64,000 nt of DNA, from positions 7,750,001 to 7,814,000 of the forward strand of contig NC_043021.1 in NCBI RefSeq assembly GCF_006345805.1, in the 5' to 3' direction. The translations under genes and the position numbers were made by a program. This stretch comes from Octopus sinensis (lineage: Eukaryota). Below are positions 1 to 12,335 of this stretch, piece after piece (the first letter of the stretch is position 1; each line of letters opens with the position of its first letter). The notes beneath the pieces were generated by a model. The model ran no database searches. It was not told the origin of the DNA and saw nothing but the letters and a program-made list of their open reading frames with translations.

Positions 1-234
1 AAAAAAATGAAATTGAGAAAAAATAATTATATATATATATTTATATATATAAATATATAAACACATGAAATGGGTAAGCGATAATTGGAAAGATACATAC
101 ACACACATTATATATATATATATATGATCTGAATGATATGATATATATGTAAAAAATGTAATATATAAATAAATATCTGTAAATATGAACCATCCGATCT
201 TCTGATTACCTCATTTCTTCTAATATATATATAT

Positions 235-268
<34 letters not shown>

Positions 269-385
269 ACACATGAAATGGGTAAACGATAATTGGAAAG
301 ATACATACACACACATTGTATATATATATATATATATGATATATATATAGGCTGTATGTGTATCTATATGTGTATTTCAACTCAC

Positions 386-900
386 CTCAAAAGCAACGTG
401 AAACTGATTATTGTTTTGTTGTTGTTGGTATTTTTTTCTTTAACATCTCTCTAGAATAATCCGCGAGGTTCCATGCCCCGTCCGAACTTCTGTCTTGTGA
501 CTGACTGGCAAACAAAACACAGATACAAGATGAAAGTAGAGGAAGTCTTGATGGTAATTGGTTAGTACGGTAGTGGTGGTGATAGTGGTGATGAAGGTGG
601 CGGGATTATGGTAGTGGGAAGAGGAGGTATGGAAGTTAGAGTAGCATTTGCTAATTAAGTAGCAGTCAGTAGTTGTCGTATATATATATATATATATAAT
701 AATGCCGCAACAGAGACGACGAAAGAACAGACAAGAGAGGCAGAGAAACAGAAAGAAAGAGAGAGAGAGATACAATGATAAGAGGAGACAACTTGATGAT
801 CTTCGAGAACGGAAGATTCTAATTTCTGTTCGTTCACATATACCACTGTAGCTGTATCACTTGTTTTTGAAATGCTACAGTAATAAATATACACCGATCT
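386..900 (-). other. Candidate non-coding first (5'-UTR) exon of a minus-strand gene continuing off the left edge
   Basis: Consensus donor GAG|GTGAGT at 386/385 on the minus strand; CpG-containing unique sequence upstream; no convincing coding frame into the donor. The 5' boundary is approximate. Confidence 0.45.
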
Positions 901-1353
901 AATGGACAGAAATGAAACCGAAGTGCTGAGGAAGGAACTAAAGGTTTCAAAGAAATGAACTGTGTTAATTATTATATATATATATAGACATATATATATT
1001 GTCTTGAGCTTCTAACAACGAAAGTGAAGTTTATTATCTTCAATTAAGATTAAAAAATAATGAATAAAATATATATATTGATATTACTATATATAAAGGT
1101 GAATGATTGAGATGAGTGTTACGTAACAAATAGGTTTCGTTCACATGTACGTATATCGCAAGCTACGGATAGGGAAATAAAATATTTCGTTACATTATTT
1201 ATGATATCGATAATTATTTTGCATGTACGATAGAAATTAAATTTGTCAATTCGCCATTGGTTTTTGTTATTTATATTATTCTGTGTGGGATCGTGTATGT
1301 ATCTTTCCAATTATCGTCTGCCCAATTCATGTGTTTATATATATACATATATA

Positions 1354-1497
<144 letters not shown>

Positions 1498-2320
1498 ACA
1501 TAACGCTAATATATTTCTAGAGAAAAAATTCTCTGAGAAATTACTTAGGGGCGTCATCAGACATAAAAAAAAATAGTTGTTGGCATTTTAATACACTGAG
1601 TACAAAAAAGTCAATCGGGAATAATAAAGATTTGAGGAAACGAGAATAATAGTCAATGAATAAAATATTTTATTCTGGCAAGTATGGGAAACAACTCTAT
1701 ACATGTTTCTGCATTATTACATCTCATCGAAGAATAAACTTCACATCGTGTAGTAGAAGTGAGAGGATCGCTAAGAAAATGTACAATATTGTACACTGGT
1801 CAACATAGCAAAATAAAACATTTTAGCCCAAAGGCCTCCAAATATATCCTGTCACAAAATCTTTATTCTTTTATTTGTTTCAGTCATTTGACACTGGCCA
1901 TGGAGCACCACCATAAAAGGATTTTAGTCGAAGAAATTGACCCTAGGACCTATTCTTTGTAAGCCTAGTACTTATTCTATTGGTCTCTTTTACCAAACCG
2001 CTAAGTTATAAGGACATAAACGCAGCAACATCAGCTATCAAGTGATAGTAATGTCTGGAGGTAGTTCCTGATAGTTATTCTTTTCTTTTATTCCTTTCAG
2101 TCATTTGACTGCGGCCATGCTGGAGCACCACCTTGAGGGGTTTTAATCAAACAAATCGATCCCAAGATTTATTCTTTGTAGGCCTAGTATTTATTCGATC
2201 GGTCTCTTTTGCCCAACCGTTAAGTTATGGGGACATAAACACACCAACATCGGTTGTCAAGCGATGGTGGGGGGACAATACAGACACAAACACACAAATA
2301 TATTCATATATATATATATA

Positions 2321-2367
<47 letters not shown>

Positions 2368-2369
<2 letters not shown>

Positions 2370-3633
2370 TCATCATCATCATCATCGTTTAACGTCCGTT
2401 TTCCATGCTAGCATGGATTGGAGTCTGGGAAGCCAGGAGGCTGCACCAGGCTCCAGTCTGATCTGGCAGTGTTTCTACAGCTGGATGCACTTCCTAAGGC
2501 CAACCACTCAGTGAGTGTAGTGGGTGTTTTTTACATGCCACTAGCACAGAGGCCAGAGGAGGCTGGCAAATAGTCACGATCGGTTGGTGCCTTTACATGT
2601 CACCGACACGGACGCCAGTCAGGCAGCGCTGGCATCTGCCACGTTCAGACGGTGCTTTTTACGTGTCACCAGCACGGGTATGTTAACTACAATTTTCATT
2701 TGATTTTTATTTTGATGTTGGTGTTGACGTACTTGACTCAATAGGTCTCCTCAAGAACAGCGGGTCACTCTACGATCCAAGGTTAGCACAGCAGGCCGTC
2801 TTGCGAGCCATGAACTCACTTCATTTCTTGAGTCTTCACAGTCACAGCATATCTCAGAGGTCTCAATCTTTGTCATTTCCTCTGTGAGACCCTATGTGCC
2901 AGCAGCACGGGTATCACAACTACAATATCCATATGATTTTTATTTTGATGTTGATGAACTTGACACAATAGGTCTCCTGAAGCACAGCAGGCCATCCTGC
3001 AAGCCATGAACTCACTTCATTTGTCAGGTCTTCAAAGTCACAACATATCTCCAGAGGTCTCTGTCATAGCCTCTGTGAGGCTCAATGTACGAAGGTCATG
3101 CTTGACCTCCTCATCCCTGTGGGATGACGTCAGCAGGTGGGGAGCTGACCAGAAGGGGCAGCAGTGACGCCCGTGCAGGTAGGGCAGGATTCTGCCTTTT
3201 TCGATCAAGGTCGCTGAGCGAGTTAGATGGGTCAGCACGTTGTTAAGATTGGGAGAAGCAGCTGCTATTTCTAGCGTTCGGGTTGGTCTGTGTTGAAGGA
3301 TCCATTACCGCTGAAGGGTCTCCATCTGAGCGAAGAGAAGGTAGGTGCCTTTATTTTGAATCTCTCGCATACACCACAATCCCATGTCTTCCTGGGTCTA
3401 CCTCTACCCCGGATTCCTTCAGCAGTTTGGGAGTGGCACTTCTTCACACATCTCTCCTCATCCATCCGTAGTACATGACCATACCAACGCAAACGTGTCT
3501 CCTGCATGCTGCATCTGATGCTTCTTATGCCTAACATCTCTCTCAGGGCGCTTACACTCTGTCGTGCATAGACACTGACATTACACATCCAGCGGATCAT
3601 GCTAGCTTCATTTCTTTCGAGCCTACACATGTC
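2368..3633 (-). mobile_element. 5'-truncated RTE-clade LINE (RT C-terminus, 3'-UTR and (GAT)n tail), interrupted by a solo-LTR-like insert
   Basis: Minus translation RLRWYGHVLRMDEERCVKKC...GRGRPRKTW continues as DEEVKHDLRTLSLTEAM* once 3118-3383 is removed; followed by the abundant 3'-UTR and a (GAT)n tail at 2368. Confidence 0.85.
3118..3378. mobile_element. Solo LTR-like insertion, 261 bp, with 5-bp target-site duplication
   Basis: Ends are TGTGG...CCACA, flanked by ATCCC at 3113-3117 and 3379-3383; removing it restores the RTE reading frame. Confidence 0.75.
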
Positions 3634-3657
3634 ATCCGCAATATATATATATATATA

Positions 3658-4000
3658 TCATCATCATCATCATCATCCGCTTTCCATGCTAGCATGGGTT
3701 GGACGGTTCAACTGGGGTCTGGGAAGCCAGAAGGCTGCACCAGGCGCAGTCTGATCTGGCAGTGTTTCTACAGCTGGACGCCCTTCCTAACGCCAACCAC
3801 TCCATGAGTGCAGTGGATGTTTTTTACGTGCCACCGGCACAGGTACCAGACGAGGCTGGCAAACAGCCACGATCGGATGGTGCTTTTTACGTGTCACCGG
3901 CACGGGGGCCAGACGAGGCTGGCAAACGGCCACAAACGGATGGTGCTTTTTACGTGCCACCGGCACGAGGCCAGTTGTGGCGGCACTGGCAGACGGCCAC
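3658..4000 (-). mobile_element. RTE 3'-UTR-derived non-autonomous copy with internal ~58-bp repeats; the family recurs at about 4885-5200, 13170-13500, 20530-20715, 20990-21230, 25400-25780, 36920-37215, 42655-42925 and 55170-55465
   Basis: Same sequence as the 3'-UTR of the RTE at 2368-3633 (ttccatgctagcatgggttggacgg...gctggatgcccttcctaacgccaaccactcc) with a (GAT)n tail. Confidence 0.8.
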
Positions 4001-4520
4001 AATTGGATGGTACTTTTATATATACTACAGGTGGTGAACCAGGATGACCTCAGCCCTGGGCTGAAACCAGTAAAAGATAAAAGATATACACACGATGGGT
4101 TTCTTTCAGTTCTCATCTACCAAATTCACTCACAGAGCTTTGGTTGAAGACACTTGCCCAAATAGAAAACACTTGCCCGAGGTGCCACACAGTGGGACTG
4201 AACCCGGAATCATGAGATTGGGAAGCATGCTTCTCACCACACAGTCAAGCCTGTGTTAACCTGTGGGTGTGACAAAAAAACATTTGGTTAACTAAAGTCT
4301 TAAAAATGGAATTTGGTTGACAGAAACTACGTTGAAGTTTATGAAGAGGATCATTCTGTCCCTGGATGGCAGACTTAATCTGGTGGTCATGATGGACTTG
4401 ACAGCGTGTTGCATCCTTGGGCAAGACACTTCACTTCACATTACTGCAGTCTATGCAGCTGTAATGAATACCAGTTGAGTGTTTATGCAACCCTTTCTCC
4501 CCCTCCCCTAGCTGTCATAT

Positions 4521-4665
4521 TATAAGGTTGTCCCAAAAGTTCGTAGAAAGTCTTGGAAAATAATGGTCTTTATTTTGAGGAATAATTTTTGTTGTTTTTG
4601 TTAGTACTTGGTGAGTAAAAATTCAATTTTTGCAAGTGTTTACGAACTTTTGGGACAACCTAATA
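4521..4665. mobile_element. Mariner-type MITE
   Basis: Near-perfect ~26-bp TIRs, TATAAGGTTGTCCCAAAAGTTCGTA and TACGAACTTTTGGGACAACCTAATA, with TA ends. Confidence 0.75.
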
Positions 4666-5237
4666 TTTTGTGCTGTGGAAGAATCCTGACCCCTTCCATG
4701 TAAATGAAAATGAATGAACGCATTACAATAAAATAAAGAAACTGTGTGAACTGTCGAGCAGAGTTGACAGCGTTGATCGTCCGTATTGATTACTGTATTA
4801 GTCTAATATCATAACTACATTTGGAGTAGCATGGAGTGCATTCGGTGAGAATATATTAATTCTGCAAAAGGTTATTCTAGACATCATCATCATCATCATT
4901 GTTTAATGTCCACTTTCCATGCTAGCATGGGTTGGACGGTTCAACTGGGGTCTAGGAAGCCAGAAGGCTGCACCAGGCCAGTCAGGTCTGGCAGTGTTTC
5001 TACAGCTGGATGCCCTTCCTAACGTCAACCACTCCATGAGTGTAGTGGGTGCTTTTTATGTGCCACCGACACAGGTGCCAGACGAGACTGGCGAACGGCT
5101 ACGCTCGGATGGTGTTTTTTATGTGCCACCGACACAGGTGCCAGACGAGGCTGGCGAACGGCCACGCTCGGATGGTGTTTTTTATGTGCCACCGACACAA
5201 CCATATCCAAATATTTATTTGGTTAATACTATTCTTG

Positions 5238-5485
5238 TGGAGGCGTGTGGCTTAGTGGTTAGGGTGTCAGCATCATGATCGTAAGATTGTGGTTTCGATT
5301 CCTGGACCGGGCAACGCGTTGTGTTCTTGAGCAAAACACTTCATTTCACGTTGCTCCAGTCCACTCAGCTGGCAAATATGAGTAACGCTGCGATGGACTG
5401 GCGTCCCGTCCAGCTGGGGAACACATATGCCATAGAAACCGGGAAACTGGGCCCATGAACCTGGCTAGGCTTTAAAAGGGTGCAA
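5238..5485 (+). mobile_element. tRNA-headed SINE, family E (second partial copy at about 33444-33560)
   Basis: A box tggcttagtggtt, B box ggtttcgattcc, then a gtgttcttgagcaaaacactt motif and an A-rich tail. Confidence 0.75.
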
Positions 5486-5679
5486 AAATAAAAAAATACT
5501 ATTCTTACAACCCAATGTTGTCACAACATTTTGGATGTTCTGCTAAAATCAAAATGAAAGAGATCAAGAGGATGTCTGCGTCAGCTCACAGCTATATTTT
5601 CCTTTGTCCTACATAAACGTCTCTAGTCTGTGGAATCATAATGCCAGTTACCTGGTTTCTGTGGTGTATAAATGATTGG

Positions 5680-6025
5680 GATCTTTACCTTTTGACCAAC
5701 AGATTTTTAAAATAAATTTTTGTAACTAAACACTTTCAGACATTGGACACTGGTAGAACGTGTCATATAAAACATCTTTTACTCTTAGCATTTTTGAGAA
5801 AAACTTATATTTAGGAAGTTATTTCACGTTAAAGTAGTCCTATTTCTGTAATTTCAACCAATCAATGACGTGTATTCAGCTAAATAAAATTACTGCTGCT
5901 GTTTTTCAACAAGAACTTCCGGCGGTGTATTTTTCGTTTGTCACTGTTATTTATGACATCATTTGTGCGTTTGTACAGGTTTTAGCTTTAAGGTTTTAGG
6001 GTTGGGGTTTTAGAATTAGGGTTAA
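5680..6025 (+). repeat. Unclassified interspersed repeat ending in TTAGGG-like repeats (second copy 13962-14305)
   Basis: Two copies align by eye (tttttgtaactaaacacttt...tcatataaaacatcttttactcttag...accaatcaatgacgtgtattcagct) and both end in ggttttagggtt(a/g)ggg. Confidence 0.65.
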
Positions 6026-6695
6026 AAACCTGCAAAGAAAGGAACAAGGTGTTCTGCAGACAATAAAGCCACTTAGCTGGCAGAATCATAAGCATGTTAG
6101 ACAGAATACTTTGCAATATTTCTTCCAGCTAAGGCAGTGAGCTGACAGAAACGTCAGCACATCAAGCAAAATGCTGAGCAGTAATTTGTCCGTCTTTATG
6201 TTCTGAGTTCAAATTCCACCAAGGTTGACTTAGCCTTTCAACCTTTCAGGGTCAATAAAATAAGTACCAGTTGATTACAGGGGTTAATTTAATCAACTTC
6301 ACCCCTTCCCTGAAATTACTGGCTTTGTTCCAAAATTTGAATCCAATATAACGACCCCGAAAGGATGAAAGGTAAAGTCGACTTCGGTGGAATTTGAACT
6401 CACAACGTAACGGCAGACGAAATACGGCTACGCATTTCGCCCGACGTGCTAACGTTTCTGCCAGCTCGCCGCCTTCAATGAAATAAAGTACCAGTCAGGT
6501 TGTTGGGGATGTAATCAACTTGTTTCCACCCCTCGTAAATTGCTGATCTCAAACCCTGTTCAGGTTGAATGTTGTAATCTCGGTCATTAATCTCGGTCAC
6601 TGATAACCATGGAAATCAAATAACTAGTCTTGTGTGTCCTAAGGCCTCAAGGAAAATAAAATAAGAAAGGTGAAAAAAAGCATTGTTGTGAGTAA

Positions 6696-6737
<42 letters not shown>

Positions 6738-7104
6738 ATATTGCATGTGTAGAAATTAATTGATAAACCAATGAAATATAGAGGAAATAATTGATTTATT
6801 GATCACAGTGCATTGTGCTTAGTACAAATACATTACTTTTCATTTCTAGCACTCTTCTCTACTGTTACATCCACACACACACAATGTTTGATACTCTATT
6901 ACTCTTTTCTGTCACTGGAGTGTAGCCAATTTGAGGAAGGCCCCGACTACCACCACCACCGCCAATGTCAAAGGATTTTTTTTTTTTCAGCTGACTACGA
7001 TCACAGCTGACTACTTATTTCAGACTGGCTCTTAATTTATCAGTTTCTACTCACTGAATGGCTAAGTTACCTGAAATATCTTCTTATAATATGGGGATGG
7101 TATG

Positions 7105-7490
7105 GATGGAAGCACTCCGTCGGTTACGACGACGAGGGTTCCGGTTGATCCGATCAACGGAACAGCCTGCTCGTGAAATTAACGTGCAGTGGCTGAGCAA
7201 TCCACAGACACGTGTACCCTTAACGTAGTTCTCGGGGATATTCAGCGTGACACAGAGAGTGACAAGGCCGGCCCTTTGAAATACAGGTACAACAGAAACA
7301 GGAAGTAAGAGTGAGAGAAAGTTGTGGTGAAAGAGGACAGCAGGGATCACCACCATCCCCTGCCGGAGCCTCGTGGAGCTTTTAGGTGTTTTCGCTCAAT
7401 AAACACTCACAACGCCCGGTCTGGGAATCGAAACCGCGATCCTATGACCGCGAGTCCGCTGCCCTAACCACTGGGCCATTGCGCCTCCAC
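7105..7490 (-). mobile_element. tRNA-headed SINE, family C (also 9601-9985 +, 54006-54373 -, partial 63541-63732 -)
   Basis: Head gtggaggcgcaatggcccagtggttagggcagcggactcgcggtc with B box; near-identical bodies, which give the repeated MVVIPAVLFHHN ORFs. Confidence 0.85.
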
Positions 7491-7790
7491 CATCTGGAAA
7501 GAGTAGGAAGTTGCTGTCAGAGAATTTCTACAGCTTCACCAGCCCCAATTTCTGGTTTTCTAATTCCCTCAATTGTAACGCCATGGATTACTATGTGTAG
7601 GGCACGGTTAAAGAATGACACTAATCACTCTACCTGCAACACCAAGCTCAAGCTGATAGCCAAGATGAAGGAGGTGCTTGAAGATCTACTAAGGGACACA
7701 GTGGGAAATGCACGCTCCAAGTTCCAGAGCTTTCTTGAGACCTTGGTGGAAGCAGAGGGGCAGCCACCTTGAGTAAACTGTTATCTCCTA
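7491..7790 (+). mobile_element. Degenerate Tc1/mariner transposase C-terminal relic
   Basis: Translation NFWFSNSLNCNAMDYYV*...KLIAKMKEVLEDLLRDTVGNARSKFQSFLETLVEAEG resembles the WPPNSPDLNPLDY...I..AC..F..RLE.VV.A.G region; contains a stop and a frameshift. Confidence 0.6.
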
Positions 7791-8076
7791 GCCTTAATCT
7801 AATTGATATTTTTGGGATTTAAAAAAAAAATACTTTTATACCCATCAAGCTAAGCAAAATTGCAATCGTGACAGATACTGGTGCCATGCAAATTGGCACC
7901 CATGCCAGTGGCACATAAAGGCACTCGTTACACTTTTGGAGTGGTTGGTGGTAGGAAGAGCATCCAGCCATAGAAAACCATGTCAGATCAGACTGGAGTC
8001 TGATGCAGCCTTCCAGTGTGCCAGCCCAGTCGAACCGTCCAACCCATACCAGCATGGACAACAGATGTTAAATAAT

Positions 8077-8089
8077 AATAATAATAATA

Positions 8090-8122
<33 letters not shown>

Positions 8123-8177
8123 GTGATGGTGATGGTGATGGTGGTGATGGTTATGGTGATGGTGATGATGATGATGG

Positions 8178-8220
<43 letters not shown>
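8077..8220. repeat. (AAT)n-(GAT/GGT)n trinucleotide microsatellite
   Basis: Direct inspection. Confidence 0.95.
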
Positions 8221-8222
<2 letters not shown>

Positions 8223-8328
8223 GGATGGAATATTGTGTTTCCTTTCTGTCACATTTATCTTGGAACACTTTGTACGTGCAGGTACATGCATATATGTATG
8301 TTGGGAGGAAAGAGAGGGAAATGGTTGG

Positions 8329-8366
<38 letters not shown>

Positions 8367-8440
8367 ACTGATATGAAGGTTACTAATCATAGGTTGATTG
8401 ATTGCTGTATTGAATTGATTGGTTGGCATATAAATATTAC

Positions 8441-9320
8441 ATGCATGTGTGTGTGTATGCATGTATGTGTGTGTGTGTGCATGCATGTATGTGTATGCAT
8501 GTATATGTATGTGCATGTATGTGTGTGTGTGTGTATGCATGTGAGTGTGTGTGTATGCATGTATGTATGTGTATGCATGTATATGTATGTGCATGTATGT
8601 GTGTGTGCATGTATGTGTGTGTGCATGTATGTGAGTGTGCATGTATGTGTGTGTGCATGCATGTATGTGTATGCATGTATATGTATGTGCATGTATGTGT
8701 GTGTGTGTGTATGCATGTGAGTGTGTGTGTATGCATGTATGTATGTGTATGCATGTATATGTATGTGCATGTATGTGTGTGTGCATGTATGTGTCTGTGC
8801 ATGTATGTGTGTGTGCATGTATGTGAGTGTGCATGTATGTGTGTGTGCATGTATGTGTGTGTGTGTGTATGCATGTGAGTGTGTGTGTATGCATGTATGT
8901 ATGTGTATGCATGTATATGTATGTGCATGTATGTGTGTGTGCATGTATGTGTGTGTGCATGTATGTGTGTGTGCATGTATGTGAGTGTGCATGTATGTGT
9001 GTGTGTGTGCATGCATGTGAGTGTGTGTGTATGCATGTATATGTATGTGCATGTATGTGTGTATGCATGTATGTGTGTGTGCATGTATGTGTGTATGCAT
9101 GTATGTGTGTGTGCATGTATGTGTGTGTGCATGTATGTGTGTGTGCATGTATGTGTGTGTGTGTTTGTGTTTGTGTGTTTTTGTGTGTATGTATATGTGT
9201 GTGTACATGTGTCTGTGTTTGTATGTGTGTATGTGTGTGTGTGCGTTTGTGTGTGCATGTATGTGTGTGTGTGTATGTTTGTGTACACATGCATGTGTAT
9301 ATGTGTGTTTGTGTGTGTTT
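8441..9320. repeat. Compound (CATGTATGTGTG)-type microsatellite with higher-order repeats
   Basis: Direct inspection; source of the HTHT and CVCM ORFs. Confidence 0.95.
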
Positions 9321-10043
9321 CTTTGATGAAGTATTGGGATGATACATAAAGCCGATATAAAAATGAATAAAAGATGAGGGATCACGCATTTTATTCAATT
9401 CCATGTCCCCTGTAAGTACCTCCATGACACTGTCAAAAATATATCAACACATATTTAACATCCAATCCAAATTTACTCATCACTAATTCATTCTGAAACA
9501 ACAAGAAGGCACCAATATGGATACTAGAAATATCAGCAAAATCTTCTCCCTCAATTCGGTCTCACATCTTAACCCTTTCAACCCTGCTTATACCAAACCA
9601 GTGGAGGCGCAATGGCCCAGTGGTTAGGGCAGCGGACTCGTGGTCGTAGGATCGCGGTTTCAATTCCCAGACCGGGCGTTGTGAGAGTTTATTGAGCGAA
9701 AACACCTAAAGCTCCACAAGGTTCCGGCAGGGGATGGTGGTGATCCCTGCTGTACTCTTTCACCACAACTTTCTCTCACTCTTACTTCCTGTTTCTGTTG
9801 TACCTGTATTTCAAAGGGCCGGCCTTGTCACTCTCTGTGTCACGCTGAATATCCCCGAGAACTACGTTAAGGGTACACGTGTCTGTGGAGTGCTCAGCCA
9901 CTTGCACGTTAATTTCACGAGCAGGCTGTTCTGTTGATCGGATCAACCGGAACCCTCATCGTCGTAACCGACAGAGTGCTTCCATCCATACCAAACCATC
10001 TGAAACTGCCCTAGGGTTCTATGACATGAACTCACTGTTTTAA

Positions 10044-10582
10044 CCCTTTAGTATTTAAATGGAGCATGTCCAACTCAAACATTGCACCTGTTTTATGTTC
10101 AAACCAGCTAGATCTAGCTTCTTACACCTATCATATGTGGAGGCACATGGCCTAGTGGTTAGAGCAGCGGACTCGCGGTCGAGAGATCGTGGGTTCGAAT
10201 CTCAGACGGGGCAATGTGTGTGTTTATGAGCGAAACACCTAAGCTCCACGCGGCTCCGGCAGAAGGTAATGGCGAACTTCTGCTGGCTCTTTCGCAACAA
10301 CTTTCTCTCACTCTTTCTTCCTGCATATTGCAGCTCACCTGTGATGAATCGGCGTCTCGTCCAGGTGGGGAACCTATACGCCAAGGAAACCGGGAAACCG
10401 GCCCTTATGAGACAGGCATGGCTCGAGAATGAACAAGCAACAACACCTATTATATAATGTCATTCTAAAAATAAACAATTACATCATTGAAATCTCTAAG
10501 CTGTGTGATAATACATGATTAATTGAAAAGAATATGAATAAATAAGGATAATATCTGATAGAGCAATCTGAATGCTAAAGGG
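10044..10582. mobile_element. piggyBac-type MITE containing a nested SINE (10137-10437)
   Basis: TTAA|CCCTTTAG...CTAAAGGG|TTAA ends; the SINE is flanked by an approximate acacctat(c/t)ata duplication. Confidence 0.7.
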
Positions 10583-10982
10583 TTAATCTAAAATATAATC
10601 TTCCATCAAAATTTTATGCTAAATTATTCAAGATCCCAGCTTGATAATTAGAAAGTTATTTTACTAAATCCTTCATTCTTTTTTAGAATTGATTCAAACA
10701 AAGGCAACATATGTTAACAAAAATATGGTAACGAAAGAGTTAACACCAACCCCACCCAAACTGCTTCTATTTAAGTGTTCAAATTTAAATCCAAACCTTA
10801 GGCTAAAATCTCATAAATACATGAAATGTAATATATTTCAGCATATCTTAGTTGTTTTTTTATTGACTCTGAAAAGATGAAAGGCAAAGATGGCCTTAAT
10901 GGAATTTGAACTCAGATCATAGAGAGTTGGAACAAATATTATTATAATGCAATTCACATTATTCTGTCAAAACTAAAGCTTA

Positions 10983-11402
10983 TTTACTCTTTTACTCTTT
11001 TACTTGTTTCAGTCATTTGACTGTGGCCATGCTGGAGCACCGCCTTTAGTCGAGCAAATCAACCCCGGGACTTATTCTTTGTAAGCCCAGTACTTATTCT
11101 ATCGGTCTCTTTTGCCGAACCGCTAAGTGACGGGGACGTAAACACACCAGCATCGGTTGTCAAGCAATGCTAGGGGGACAAACACAGACACACAAACACA
11201 CACACATACACATACATATACATATATATACATATATACGACGGGCTTCTTTCAGTTTCCGTCTACTAAATCCACTCACAAGGCTTTGGTCGGCCCGGGG
11301 CTATAGCAGAAGACACTTGCCCAAGATGCCATGCAGTGGGACTGAACCCGGAACCATGTGGTTGGTTAGCAAGCTACTTACCACACAGCCACTCCTGCGC
11401 CT
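10983..11402 (-). mobile_element. tRNA-headed CORE-like SINE, family A, with internal (TA)n/(TG)n tract (also about 14998-15403, 16167-16652, 32609-32980, 34205-34557, 35062-35453, 36490-36900, 54696-55137, 62793-63200)
   Basis: Head aggcgcaggagtggctgtgtggt, B box ggttcagtccc, ccttgggcaagtgtctt motif resembling the CORE domain, conserved 3' tail gcggtgctccagcatggccgcagtcaaatgactgaaacaag. Confidence 0.9.
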
Positions 11403-11774
11403 TATTTATTCACATTGTTTTCAAATTAATCATGCATTATCTTGTAGCTTTGAGATTTTGATGAGGTTAACTGTTATTGTTTTAAATGATATTGTAGAGT
11501 CATTGTGAGAGACCAGACCTGGCCAGTTTGAGCATAAAACAGGTAGAATATTTTGGCAGGATATGGCTGGGCTAACTGCTAAAGAGTTAATTAAAATAGC
11601 CATCCGTGTATCATACTCAATGTACACACACTGTTGATGGTCAGGTTACTGTGGAATGTGTTTTAAGATAACATTTCTCATGGACATGCTGTGTTAAAAA
11701 CACAATAAATACCAGTAGGAGCCAGTGAGAGCACCATATGCATTTTGGCCCTTCTGTGGATTTTTCTATAGTGT

Positions 11775-11817
11775 CTACTTGCACCCAGCCACTTGGTCGG
11801 ATGAAAATTCATCAGCT
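11775..11817 (-). CDS. Candidate terminal coding exon (L)ADEFSSDQVAGCK* of an unidentified gene; the alternative frame stays open to a donor at 11713
   Basis: Strong acceptor ttttttatttactttttccaatctcag|A; phase-compatible with exons 15626-15663 and 17324-17390. No homology recognised. Confidence 0.3.
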
Positions 11818-12335
11818 CTGAGATTGGAAAAAGTAAATAAAAAAGTAAAACGTTCACTGATAATGCAAATGGCTCTCGCTGGCTGCTGCTGAGATGAAAT
11901 TTTGTCTCTCTCTGATATTTACTGAGTTTTTAATGCAGCAAGTATTAAAAAACATTTCCATAAGAGATGTTATCTTTAGACATTTACTGCAGTAACTGGC
12001 TGATCAACAGTATATACATTAAGTGTAATAGACAGATGGCCATGTTATCCATTAAGTTCAAAAAGGGCAGTGGATTGGAAACAAATTGCTTTGCAATATC
12101 TGCTCTGGCTTTATGTTCTGAGACCAAATTCCACCAAGGTCAGCTTTGCCTTTCAGCTCTATGGGGGCATCAATAAAATAAAGTACCAATCAGTGCTTAA
12201 CTTGGTCTTCTTTTATTGACCCGGAAAGGATGAAAAGCAAAGTCAATCTTGGTGGTATTTGAACAGAAAATGTAAAGAGCTGTAAAATATACAGCTAAGC
12301 ATTTTGTCCAGTATGCTAACAACTCTGCTAGCTTA

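Noticed and set aside
5990-6025. Telomere or interstitial telomeric array
   Set aside because: Only a few degenerate TTAGGG units, forming the tail of an interspersed repeat.
7084-7356. Repeated ORF MVVIPAVLFHHN... (also 9734 and 54054) suggesting paralogous genes
   Set aside because: Chance frame in SINE family C.
8151-9425. 424-aa and overlapping His/Thr or Cys/Val-rich ORFs
   Set aside because: Translations of a compound CA/TG microsatellite, open on both strands with no complexity.
9601-9680. tRNA gene-like sequences (also 5238, 10137, 33444 and others)
   Set aside because: A and B boxes run into SINE bodies, without an acceptor stem or complete cloverleaf.
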